Of a stretch of 64,000 nt of DNA, positions 1 through 12,071 are shown in pieces. Position 1 is the stretch's first letter. Each line of letters starts with the position of its first letter. The position numbers were made by a program, and so were the translations under genes. Under the pieces are notes generated by a model. It did not search any database. It was not told the DNA's origin and was given only the letters and a program-made list of their open reading frames with translations. Origin of the DNA: Planctomycetota bacterium (lineage in GTDB: Bacteria; Planctomycetota; MHYJ01; WSZJ01); contig JBBTCT010000015.1 of NCBI GenBank assembly GCA_038060895.1, positions 64,001 to 128,000 on the forward strand. The letters are read 5' to 3'.

Positions 1-1
1 G

Positions 2-1195
<1,194 letters not shown>

Positions 1196-1214
1196 GGGTC
1201 CGGTGAAACAGGTT

Positions 1215-1253
1215 CGCGGGCCGGGGGAGCGATTCCCCGGCCCGCGTTGTTTT
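1215..1253 (+). terminator. Rho-independent terminator after fusA
   Basis: CGCGGGCCGGGG...CCCCGGCCCGCG stem followed by TTGTTTT. Confidence 0.8.
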
Positions 1254-1356
1254 GCGGGGCGACGACTTTCTTCCAAAGGACTCATCGCGCCCCTACCTCA
1301 TTCCCCACAGGCGCCTGCGTGTTAACATCCGGCCCTCTACCTCGGAGATTCCGACC

Positions 1357-2091
1357 ATGGCCGTTCCCGCCCAGCCACGCGCCCCGATGCTCGACGCCGT
1401 CGGGATCCTGAAGGAAGCCTGGGAACTCTTCACCCGCCAGTGGCAGGCCTGGCTGCTCATCGGGCTCTGTTTCATGCTGATGGCCTTGTGCCTTGCCGTG
1501 ACCTGCATCGGGATCATCCTCATGGGCGCGCTGCACGCCGGCCTGTACGTCGCCGCGTTCAAGCAGCTGCGCGGGCAGACCCCGGAGGTGCGGGACCTGT
1601 TCGAAGGCTTCCAGTGGTTCGGCCCCACGACGCTCCTCATGATCATTTCCGGGTTCTGCGTCTTCCTGGGCATGCTCTGCTGCATCATCCCCGGGCTCGT
1701 CCTTGCCGTCTGGTGGTACTTCGCCCTGCCGCTCTGCGTTTCGCACGGCCTCGGCGCGACGGACGCGATGGCGATGTCCAAGGCGAAAGTGAAGGAGGGA
1801 TTCTGGGACGTCGTAGTCCTGATCCTGATCATCATCGCGGTGAATTTCGTCGCGGGCATGGTTCCCTTCGGCCAGATCCTGGTCGGCCTTCCGATCCAGA
1901 CGCTCATGATCGCCATTGCTCACCGCGACCTGTTCGGCCTCGAGGGGGCTCTTCCCCCGGTCGGTCGCGGGCCGGCGCCTTCAGTCCAGGGCGTGATGCC
2001 GGCGCAGGGAGCGGTCGCGTGTCCGAAGTGCAATGCGCCGAACGTGCCGGGGCACAAGTTCTGCACGGCTTGTGGTGGGCTCATTGCGTAG
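1357..2091 (+). CDS. Integral membrane protein with C-terminal zinc ribbon
   Basis: GGAG RBS before ATG 1357, several hydrophobic helices, and C-terminal CPKC...FCTACG. Confidence 0.8.
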   Translation: MAVPAQPRAPMLDAVGILKEAWELFTRQWQAWLLIGLCFMLMALCLAVTCIGIILMGALHAGLYVAAFKQLRGQTPEVRDLFEGFQWFGPTTLLMIISGFCVFLGMLCCIIPGLVLAVWWYFALPLCVSHGLGATDAMAMSKAKVKEGFWDVVVLILIIIAVNFVAGMVPFGQILVGLPIQTLMIAIAHRDLFGLEGALPPVGRGPAPSVQGVMPAQGAVACPKCNAPNVPGHKFCTACGGLIA

Positions 2092-2235
2092 GAAAACGAC
2101 AACAACGAAACGAAAAACGAAAAAGTAAAAACGAAAGACGAAAAGAACGGCCAGGCCGCTCTTGAACATGGCCTGGCCGCTCCTTTCGTTTTTCGTTTTT
2201 ACTTTTTCGTTTTTCGTTTCGTTGTTGTCGTTCTC
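2092..2235. repeat. Long inverted repeat built from AAAACGA-like units
   Basis: 66-nt arms at 2092-2157 and 2170-2235, a 12-nt loop and 4 mismatches. Confidence 0.95.
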
Positions 2236-2274
2236 GTTGCGACGCCCCTCCCGCCGGACTAGACTCATCCGCAC

Positions 2275-2817
2275 ATGCGCCTCTCCATGGAAATCTTCGG
2301 CATCCCCCAGGACCACGTCGACCCCCTCAAGAAGGCCGTCGACGAAGCCTACGCCAAGTTCCTCTACAAGGACGGCAGCGCCAAGGCCAAGACCGTCATC
2401 AAGAAACACGAGGGCACCTGCCCTTTCACGGGCAACCGCTGGATCCACGTCCTCATCGACGGCCTCGAAGCCCTCGAACTCAAGGACGTCTCCCGCTTCC
2501 AGGAATCCGTCTACCGCGCCCACCCCCTTCGTACCGATCCCGTCGTCGCCGACAACATGTACCTCAAGCTCGAACAGGCGGCCGCCGCGGAAGCCGAAGC
2601 GGAGGCGGCGGAAGAGGGCGAGGAAGAACTGGCCTGCTGGGTCTGCTCGCGGGTCGACGGCGAAGAATGCTACGACTACGATTCGAGCGAGGCGTATACG
2701 ATCGAGGTCCGTTTCCACGAGGATGCCAAGGTCCCGCTGTGCAGCGTCTGCCTGCAGCTCTTCCTCTATCACGACGAGTGGGAGGACGAGGATGCGGAAG
2801 AAGGAGAGAGCGAATGA
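2275..2817 (+). CDS. Hypothetical protein with Cys clusters (possible Zn binding) and acidic tail
   Basis: Typical codon usage; CWVC, C and CSVC motifs; stop overlaps the next ATG (ATGA). Confidence 0.75.
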   Translation: MRLSMEIFGIPQDHVDPLKKAVDEAYAKFLYKDGSAKAKTVIKKHEGTCPFTGNRWIHVLIDGLEALELKDVSRFQESVYRAHPLRTDPVVADNMYLKLEQAAAAEAEAEAAEEGEEELACWVCSRVDGEECYDYDSSEAYTIEVRFHEDAKVPLCSVCLQLFLYHDEWEDEDAEEGESE

Positions 2818-3659
2818 AGCGCGCGTGGTGGATCGTTCCGGCGGCGGTTCTGTTGCTGGTTGGGTGCGACATGCGCTCGCCGGCGCAGAAGAAGAAGGAA
2901 GCCGAGGAAGAGGCGAGGCGCAAAGCCGCGGCGAACGCGGGTCCGGTCGTGCGGCCGGAACCACCTGAGGAACCGCACGTGCTGGTCAAGGCGGCGTCCG
3001 GAGGGGCGGAAACGGTGCAGCGGGCGTCGGTGGCCCTGGTCAAGGTCGGCCGCGACGGCGTGATCGAGTGCTCGCGCCTGACGTTCGAGATGGGACAGTT
3101 GCGCAAGACGGAAAAGGGCGGCGCTTCCTCGAGCAGCGGGTGCTGCACCGCGACGGATCCGCCCGAGGTGCGCGCGATGGGCGGGATCTTCGACCAGCTG
3201 CGCGGTTCCGCGTACACGGCCGCTTCGCCGCCGTGCGAGGAGCCCGTCATCCTGGACGGGGACTACAAGGCGAGCTGGCTCCATGCGCGCAAGGTGCTGG
3301 AGACAATGGCCCGCGCGAACATGACGCGGCTATTTTTCGCCACGAGCACGAAGCCGGAGAGCCTGCAGGGGATTCCTGCGAAGCTTCCCGCGAACTGGAA
3401 CGCAGCCGAAGCGATCCCGGCGAAGGCGAAGCGGGTGGACGTGGCCGCGAAAGGGAAGGACCTGCAGATCTCGATCGACGGCGCCGTCTACAAGGACGTT
3501 GCGTCTGCCGTCAGTGCGCTTCAGAAGGCCGGCGTGACGGAGATCGGGATTCATCCTGCGGACTCGAAGACGCCGCTGTGGGCGGTTGTGAAGGGGGTGG
3601 AGATTTCCAATTCGATTGCGCCGGCGGGGCCGGTCCGGTTCGTGATGGTGGACCGCTGA
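2814..3659 (+). CDS. Lipoprotein with ExbD/TolR-like periplasmic domains
   Basis: Signal MKRAWWIVPAAVLLLVGC; VILDGDYKASW and IGIHPADSKTPLWAVVK resemble ExbD periplasmic domains. Confidence 0.6.
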   Translation: MKRAWWIVPAAVLLLVGCDMRSPAQKKKEAEEEARRKAAANAGPVVRPEPPEEPHVLVKAASGGAETVQRASVALVKVGRDGVIECSRLTFEMGQLRKTEKGGASSSSGCCTATDPPEVRAMGGIFDQLRGSAYTAASPPCEEPVILDGDYKASWLHARKVLETMARANMTRLFFATSTKPESLQGIPAKLPANWNAAEAIPAKAKRVDVAAKGKDLQISIDGAVYKDVASAVSALQKAGVTEIGIHPADSKTPLWAVVKGVEISNSIAPAGPVRFVMVDR

Positions 3660-3669
3660 CGCTCCCTTA

Positions 3670-5850
<2,181 letters not shown>

Positions 5851-5853
5851 CCG

Positions 5854-7344
5854 TCAGCCTGGCTTGCGGGCGGCGACGCCGGCCATCAGCAGCTTGGCGA
5901 TTGCCCACTCGGTGGCGCGTTCGCTTGCGTCGCCCAGTCCCGGGTCCATGGGGCGCGTGCCTCCCAGGACGAGGCGCCGGCCTTCTCCTGCGGCCTGAAG
6001 CGCGATTTCGAGCCCGTCGACGCGGCCGAAAAACGTTCCTTCTTCGGCGCCGGGCAGAGGCACGAGGGGGACCTCGAATGCCCTGGAGACTCGCTCGGAC
6101 AGTTCTTCGACGGTCAGGGAGGGAGTGAGGATGAGTTCGCTGCGGAAGCGTTCGCCGACTCTCTCGACCGGGATGCCGTAGGGAGTCGGATTGGCAGTCG
6201 GGATCGCGCCGGGCTGTTCCATGCGCGGCACCGGGACGGGCGGATAGGACGGCAGGCGGCTCGACACGGGGGAGTCCTCGGCGGCGGCGGGCGCCTGGGA
6301 AGGCGTGCGGCGGGCTTGCGGCGGCGCCGGGGCAGGAGGAGCCGAAGCCGGCTTGCGGGCGGCCGGGCGGTCGGTTGCCGGCCGACGGACGGGCGGCGGC
6401 GCGGCGGGAGCGGGCGTCGCTTCACGAACCCGCAGCGCGGGGTCGGCGTAAACGGGCACGACAAACGTCGCGTTCCCCGCGGCTCCCGGGGCCCACGGGC
6501 CGACTTCGAGTTCCCAGAAGCGCGACGGTTTCCGGAAGCGAGTGGCAAGCGAAGGCGGGGCGGAGATTTCGAGGATGACCTCGACGACGCCACCGACGAT
6601 CTCGGCGTCCTCCGTCCAGCGCCACAATTCGCGCACGGTCACCTGGCCGCCCGCCCGGCCTGCGATCTCGAGGCAACGAAGCGTGGCGCGCATCCGCGGA
6701 CCGTAACCGAGCATCCGGGGTGTTGGGAGGTATCGAGCCTGGAGCGTTCCCCCGGTTGCGAACGGGTAGGTATGGAACTGGAGCCGGCCGCGGCCGCGCA
6801 GCTTGAGCACGACCATGCCGAAGAGGGCCAGCGCGAGTTCGACAGCCGCGGGCGCAAAGAGGAGCCCGGCGAAGAACCGGTTCGTGTGAAGGCCGGCCGT
6901 GTAGAGGATCCAGCCGGCCGGAACCATCGCAGCCAGCGCAATCGGAACCGCGACCAGCCGTTCCCTCACGCGCACGGCAATCCGGTCGCCCACCCCCTCC
7001 GGATCCCAGGGCCACTCCCACTTCCAGGGGCCCACCGGCCTGAAGTGCGCCCCGCGCCCGCGTGTCAGTCCCCGGAAGACTGCCGCGATTCCCTGCGCGA
7101 AGAAGACGGCGCCAAGAAACGCGAGAAAGGCCTGGGCTGCCTGAAGCTCAATTCCAAGAACGAGTTTTCCGGCCAGCAGCGCTTCTCCACGGAAGACCAG
7201 CGCGACGGCGGCGGCCAGGAAGATAGCGCCAGGCAGGAGGTGAACGACGCGCGAGCCCTCCGGTGCCGCTGGAGGCGCGCGATGATAGGTCGCGCCCTGG
7301 TCCGGTGATTCCTTCGCCGCTTGAACGGGCGAATCCTGGCCCAT
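5854..7344 (-). CDS. Hypothetical membrane protein with Pro/Ala-rich linker
   Basis: About 4 hydrophobic segments, a Pro-rich linker, and TAGAAT 6 nt before the ATG. Confidence 0.7.
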   Translation of the reverse strand: MGQDSPVQAAKESPDQGATYHRAPPAAPEGSRVVHLLPGAIFLAAAVALVFRGEALLAGKLVLGIELQAAQAFLAFLGAVFFAQGIAAVFRGLTRGRGAHFRPVGPWKWEWPWDPEGVGDRIAVRVRERLVAVPIALAAMVPAGWILYTAGLHTNRFFAGLLFAPAAVELALALFGMVVLKLRGRGRLQFHTYPFATGGTLQARYLPTPRMLGYGPRMRATLRCLEIAGRAGGQVTVRELWRWTEDAEIVGGVVEVILEISAPPSLATRFRKPSRFWELEVGPWAPGAAGNATFVVPVYADPALRVREATPAPAAPPPVRRPATDRPAARKPASAPPAPAPPQARRTPSQAPAAAEDSPVSSRLPSYPPVPVPRMEQPGAIPTANPTPYGIPVERVGERFRSELILTPSLTVEELSERVSRAFEVPLVPLPGAEEGTFFGRVDGLEIALQAAGEGRRLVLGGTRPMDPGLGDASERATEWAIAKLLMAGVAARKPG

Positions 7345-7430
7345 GCCGGCATTCTACGCTGGCGCGCGCGATCGCAGCGGGCCGATCTCGGCCTACTTGT
7401 GAGGCGGCAACGAATCTGTCTTGACAAGAG

Positions 7431-7460
7431 CGTGAATGATAATCATTCACAGCATGAATG
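7431..7460. repeat. Palindromic 30-bp repeat, copy 1 (just downstream of the DUF4143 ATPase stop)
   Basis: CGTGAATGATAATCATTCACAGCATGAATG; 27/30 identical to 8712-8741. Confidence 0.9.
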
Positions 7461-7464
7461 GATT

Positions 7465-8709
7465 TCACAGACCCAGCGCGGTCCCAAGCGGCACCGCCCA
7501 CACCCGTTCCGCGATGCGCTCCAGTTCCTTGCCGTTGTGAAGCAGCAGGCCGAACGGAGCGAGCGCACCGTACTCCGAGAGAAAGGTCTGCACGTGGCGG
7601 GCGTCGTGCAGGGACGGTTTCTGCGACGATTTGATCTCGATCGGAATCACCTTTCCGGACGTCTCAACGACGAAGTCCACTTCTTCACCCGTCGACGTCC
7701 GCCAGTAACACACCGCCGGACGCGGAGTGCACGTCTCTGACCACGCCAGCAGGTCAAGCAACACGAGGTTTTCCAGCAGGAATCCGCCCATCCCGCTTCC
7801 GCGCAACTCGAGCGGGGATTCCACGCCGGCGAGGTGCGCGGCCAGCCCGGTGTCGCACCAGAACAGCCGCGGCGTGCGGATGAGTCGCTTGGTGCGGTTG
7901 ATTGCGTACCCGGGAACCCTGTGGATCAGGCAGGTGGCCTCGAGCAGGTTGAGGTAGCGGTGGACTGTCGGCTGCGGCATTCCGGCGTCGCGGCTGAGGT
8001 CCGTCTGGTTGACCATGGCGCCGGTGCGAAGTGCCGCCATCCGCATGAGCCGGCGGAAGTCCGCAAGGTCGGCCACCGTGGAAATGTCGCGCAGGTCCCG
8101 CTCGAGATAGGTGCGGACGTAGCCGTCGAGCCAGAAGCGGCGGTGCGCGTCGCCGCGAACGAGGGCGGCGCCGGGGAAGCCTCCCCGGAAGAGCCGATTG
8201 GGAAGATCGTCCAGGTGACGCCCCGGTGACCTGAGGCGGCCAGGGTCGGTCAGCAGGCGATCCCACGGGCCCGTCGCTGCGTGCCCCGCAATTTCCGACA
8301 CGGTGAGCGGGTGCAGTTCGAAATAGGCCGCGCGGCCCGCAAGCGACTCGGAGACCGATTTCAGGAGCGCCAGGTTCGCCGAACCCGTGAGAAGGAACCG
8401 TCCGGGCCTGCGACTGCGGTCTACTTCGCGCTTTACCGCGACCAGCACGCCCGGCGAGCGCTGCACTTCGTCCACAACGACAGGCCAGCGTGCCTGGAGA
8501 AGAGCTGCCGGTTCGCGGCGGATGCGATCGAGAGTGTCGTAGTCGTCGAGAGTCAGGTATCGCATGCGGGGCCCAGGGAGCAGATGGTGCACGAGCGTGC
8601 TCTTGCCCGTCTGGCGCGCGCCCGTGACGATGACAACGGGCATGGTCCGCATGGCGGCGCGGACGGCAGGGGCAATGTGGCGGGGAAGGAGTTTTGTGCC
8701 GTTACTCAT
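7465..8709 (-). CDS. AAA_14 ATPase with DUF4143 domain
   Basis: GARQTGKS, VVVDEVQR, LLTGSA, GGFP, YVRTYLERDL, DTGL, ENLV and YWRTSTGEEVDFV...PIEIKS (PD-(D/E)xK-like C-terminus). Confidence 0.93.
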   Translation of the reverse strand: MSNGTKLLPRHIAPAVRAAMRTMPVVIVTGARQTGKSTLVHHLLPGPRMRYLTLDDYDTLDRIRREPAALLQARWPVVVDEVQRSPGVLVAVKREVDRSRRPGRFLLTGSANLALLKSVSESLAGRAAYFELHPLTVSEIAGHAATGPWDRLLTDPGRLRSPGRHLDDLPNRLFRGGFPGAALVRGDAHRRFWLDGYVRTYLERDLRDISTVADLADFRRLMRMAALRTGAMVNQTDLSRDAGMPQPTVHRYLNLLEATCLIHRVPGYAINRTKRLIRTPRLFWCDTGLAAHLAGVESPLELRGSGMGGFLLENLVLLDLLAWSETCTPRPAVCYWRTSTGEEVDFVVETSGKVIPIEIKSSQKPSLHDARHVQTFLSEYGALAPFGLLLHNGKELERIAERVWAVPLGTALGL

Positions 8710-8711
8710 GA

Positions 8712-8741
8712 CGTGAATGATAATCATTCATACGATGAATG
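8712..8741. repeat. Palindromic 30-bp repeat, copy 2 (just upstream of the DUF4143 ATPase start)
   Basis: CGTGAATGATAATCATTCATACGATGAATG. Confidence 0.9.
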
Positions 8742-8848
8742 AACAGACAAATCGCGGACTGACGTCGCGGCTGTCGGCAAGACGGCCTCCTGGTCGTTCG
8801 ATCGCTTCATTGCCTCCACTATCCGATTTCCGGATCATGCCCGCCCCC

Positions 8849-10846
8849 ATGAGCCTCTCCCTTTCTTCACTGAACGCCGCGCAACGCAAGGCGGCCGAGA
8901 CGCTGGAGGGACCGGTGCTCGTGCTCGCCGGAGCCGGGACGGGGAAGACGAAGGTGCTTACGACGCGGCTGGCGCTCCTCCTCTCGAAGGGCCACAAGCC
9001 CGCTTCGCTCCTTGCCGTGACTTTTACGAACAAGGCGGCGCGCGAGATGAGGGCGCGGGCGGTGAAGCTGGCGGGGCCGCCGGCGAAGGAAGTCTGGCTC
9101 TCGACGTTTCACTCGCTGTGTGCGCGGATTCTGCGGAAGGACATCGAGGTCCTCGGGTGGCGGAGGGACTTCGCCATCTACGACGACTCGGACCAGGAGT
9201 CGGTCGTACGTTCCGTCCTCAAGGAATTGCGCGTCCCCGGCGTGCAGGCGACGGCGGATGTCGTGAAGTGGCGGATCGGTGCGGCGAAGAACCGGGGGTG
9301 GGGCGCGGCGGAGATGGCGAAGGAGTCCGGGGACGACGTGGACATCGTCGCGGCGCGCGCGTTCGAAAAGTACCAGGCGGGGTTGAAGTCGCGCAACGCG
9401 CTGGACTTCGACGACCTGCTGTCGCTGACGGTACGGCTTTTCCGCGAACACCCGGGCGTCCTGGAAAAGTATCGCAAGCAGTTCCGCTACCTCATGGTCG
9501 ACGAGTATCAGGACACCAACGCGGTGCAGTACGAGATCGTGCAGTCGCTCGCCGGGAAGCACCGGAACCTCTTCGTCGTTGGCGACGACGACCAGTCGAT
9601 CTACGGGTGGCGCGGGGCGGATCACGCGCACATCCTCCACTTCGAGGCGGACTTCCCGGGGGCGACGGTCGTGCGGCTCGAGCAGAACTACCGTTCGACC
9701 GAGGCGATCCTCGAGGCGGCCAACGAGTTGATCCGGCACAACGCGGCGCGGCATCCCAAGACGCTCTTCTCGAAGCTTGGCGCCGGCGCCCCGGTGCGCA
9801 CGGTGCTGCTTTACGACGAACGTGCGGAAGCGCTCTGGGTCGCGGATCAAATAAAAACATCGGCGCGCCGCCGCTCCGCCTTCGCGGTCCTTTTCCGCAC
9901 AAACGCCGAGACCCGCCCCTTCGAGGAACAGCTGCGCCTCGCCCGCATCCCCTACAGCGTCGTCGGCGGCCAGCGCTTCTACGACCGCCGGGAAGTCCGC
10001 GACGTCCTCGCCTACCTCCGCGTCGCTTCCAACCCGCACGACGACGCCGCGCTCGCGCGCATCGCAAACGTCCCGCCGCGCGGCATCGGCGAAACTTCGA
10101 TGGAGAAGCTCGACACCTTTGCGGCGTCGAAAGGCCTCCCGCTCTTCGACGCGTTCCGCCGTGCCGACGAGGCCGGCCTTTCGCCGGGAACCGCCGAGTC
10201 CGCGAAACGGTTCGCGGCGAAGGTGGAGGCCTGGCGGGGAAAAATCGGAAAGGACGCGGCCCGTGGCGCGCGCGACATGGTCGAGGACCTGGATCTCTTC
10301 GGCGAGTTGCGCCGCGAGACGGAAAACACGGAATCCGCGGAAGCGCGCGTCAATTCGATCGAGAGCGTTCTCGACGACCTCTCGGCGCACGCGCGCGGCG
10401 GCGGCGACCTGCGCGGTTACCTTGAGAAGGTCGCGCTCATGGACAAGGAGGAGCCGGACGACGAACAGAAGGAGGCGGTCACGCTTCTGACCGCCCACGC
10501 GGCCAAAGGGCTGGAATTCCCCGTCGTTTTCGTCGTCGGGATGACCGACGGCATCTTCCCTCACCGGCGCTCGACGGCGGACGAGAAAGGACTCGAGGAG
10601 GAGCGGCGGTTGCTCTATGTCGCGATGACGCGTGCAAAAGAAGAGCTCGTCCTGACGCGTCCCGAGCACCGCACCAGCCGCGGAAAAACCGGGAAGTCGC
10701 TTGCGTCTCGCTTTCTCGTCGAACTCCCCGGCCATGTCCAGAGGGAAGCGCCCGGCAAGCGCGAACTCACCTCGGACGAGACGGCTGCACTGGACGCGAA
10801 GATCCAGGCGATCCTTGCGGGCGGCGAGAGGCCGCCCACTACTTGA
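8849..10846 (+). CDS. UvrD/PcrA/Rep SF1 DNA helicase
   Basis: LAGAGTGKT, TFTNKAA, VDEYQDTN, VGDDDQSIYGWRGA, EQNYRS, HAAKGLEF and EERRLLYVAMTRAK. Confidence 0.95.
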   Translation: MSLSLSSLNAAQRKAAETLEGPVLVLAGAGTGKTKVLTTRLALLLSKGHKPASLLAVTFTNKAAREMRARAVKLAGPPAKEVWLSTFHSLCARILRKDIEVLGWRRDFAIYDDSDQESVVRSVLKELRVPGVQATADVVKWRIGAAKNRGWGAAEMAKESGDDVDIVAARAFEKYQAGLKSRNALDFDDLLSLTVRLFREHPGVLEKYRKQFRYLMVDEYQDTNAVQYEIVQSLAGKHRNLFVVGDDDQSIYGWRGADHAHILHFEADFPGATVVRLEQNYRSTEAILEAANELIRHNAARHPKTLFSKLGAGAPVRTVLLYDERAEALWVADQIKTSARRRSAFAVLFRTNAETRPFEEQLRLARIPYSVVGGQRFYDRREVRDVLAYLRVASNPHDDAALARIANVPPRGIGETSMEKLDTFAASKGLPLFDAFRRADEAGLSPGTAESAKRFAAKVEAWRGKIGKDAARGARDMVEDLDLFGELRRETENTESAEARVNSIESVLDDLSAHARGGGDLRGYLEKVALMDKEEPDDEQKEAVTLLTAHAAKGLEFPVVFVVGMTDGIFPHRRSTADEKGLEEERRLLYVAMTRAKEELVLTRPEHRTSRGKTGKSLASRFLVELPGHVQREAPGKRELTSDETAALDAKIQAILAGGERPPTT

Positions 10847-10898
10847 TCGGCATTTCCGCGGTCAACCGGTAGAATCCGCGCCCTGCCAGAACTTGGGA

Positions 10899-12071
10899 AT
10901 GCGCGTCATGGCCAGGAATGCCAGCTCACTTCTGCTCGTCTTCGCGATCCGTCGCGGCCTTGTCAGCGCGGAAGCGGCGCTTCGCATCGCCGACGACTGC
11001 GATTCAGGTGGCGATTTGCGCCGCCTGCTGCTCGAGACAGGCCGGCTGGACGAACCGCAGCTCAAGGCCCTGGAAGCAGAGGCCGAAGCCTGGCGCGCGG
11101 TGCGCACGCAGAATCCCGTGGAACTCGAAGCCGCGAACCGGTCCGACGTCACGGTGCCGATGCTGCCCTCGGATCCGTCAGAGGCTCCACTTCCGGCGGT
11201 TCGGCCTGCTTTCCGCTACGTTCTCGGGGAGGAACTGGGAAGCGGCGGCGTGGGGCGGGTCGTCGAGGCGATAGACCAGGACTTTGGCCGGCGGGTGGCG
11301 CTCAAGATCCTGAAGCCCGGGGCGGGGCGCGCTGCGGTCGAGCGGTTGCAGACCGAGGCGCGGATCACGGGCCAGCTGGAGCACCCGAACATCGTGCCCG
11401 TGCATGAAATCGGGACGCTTCCGCGGACGAACGAAGTGTTCTTCTCGATGAAGCGCATAGTCGGGCGGGACATGCGGCAGGTGATCCGCGACGGTACCTG
11501 GAGGCCGCGCCGGCTGGTGGAGGCGTTTCGCGACGTGTGCCGGGCCATTGCGTACGCGCACGCGAAGGGGATCATCCACCGCGATCTCAAGCCGGCGAAC
11601 GTGATGCTGGGGGATTTCGGGGAAGTGCTGGTCGTGGACTGGGGTCTTGCCCGGGTGGTGGGGCCGCGCGTCCTGACCGGGGAACCCGGTGAACTCGTCG
11701 CCGAGCCTCGGCGCCTGGCGAAGACGCCCTCGGGGCTGGTGCGCGGGACGCCGAGTTACATGTCGCCCGAGCAGGCGGCGGGGAACACGGAACTGATCGA
11801 CGAGCGGAGCGACGTCTATGGCCTGGGCGCAACCCTCTACGAAATCCTGTCCGGCCGGGCGCCCTTCGAGAGTCCGGCGCTCGCTGAAACGATCAAGCTC
11901 GTCCTTGCGGGCAATCCGCCTCCACCGGCGAAATTCCGCAAGACCGCCCCGGAACTGGACCGTATCTGCCTGAAGGCGATGGCCCTGAAGCGGGAAGACC
12001 GGTACGGCTCGGTGGTGGAGATGGGCCAGGATCTCGAGGAGTTCCTGCAGGGACCGGCCGAGCTACTTTGA
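10899..12071 (+). CDS. Ser/Thr protein kinase
   Basis: GSGGVG, VALK, HRDLKPAN, DWGLA, GTPSYMSPEQ and SDVYGLG. The start codon is uncertain. Confidence 0.93.
   Translation: MRVMARNASSLLLVFAIRRGLVSAEAALRIADDCDSGGDLRRLLLETGRLDEPQLKALEAEAEAWRAVRTQNPVELEAANRSDVTVPMLPSDPSEAPLPAVRPAFRYVLGEELGSGGVGRVVEAIDQDFGRRVALKILKPGAGRAAVERLQTEARITGQLEHPNIVPVHEIGTLPRTNEVFFSMKRIVGRDMRQVIRDGTWRPRRLVEAFRDVCRAIAYAHAKGIIHRDLKPANVMLGDFGEVLVVDWGLARVVGPRVLTGEPGELVAEPRRLAKTPSGLVRGTPSYMSPEQAAGNTELIDERSDVYGLGATLYEILSGRAPFESPALAETIKLVLAGNPPPPAKFRKTAPELDRICLKAMALKREDRYGSVVEMGQDLEEFLQGPAELL

Noticed and set aside
7433-7449. Fur-box reading of the AATGATAATCATT core
   Set aside because: No iron-related gene is adjacent, and the similarity between the two copies extends beyond the Fur core. 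It is kept only as an alternative explanation in the finding.
7421-7449. TTGACA as a sigma-70 -35 element
   Set aside because: GATAAT lies only 11 nt downstream, there is no good -10 at 16-18 nt, and it points antisense into the ATPase gene.
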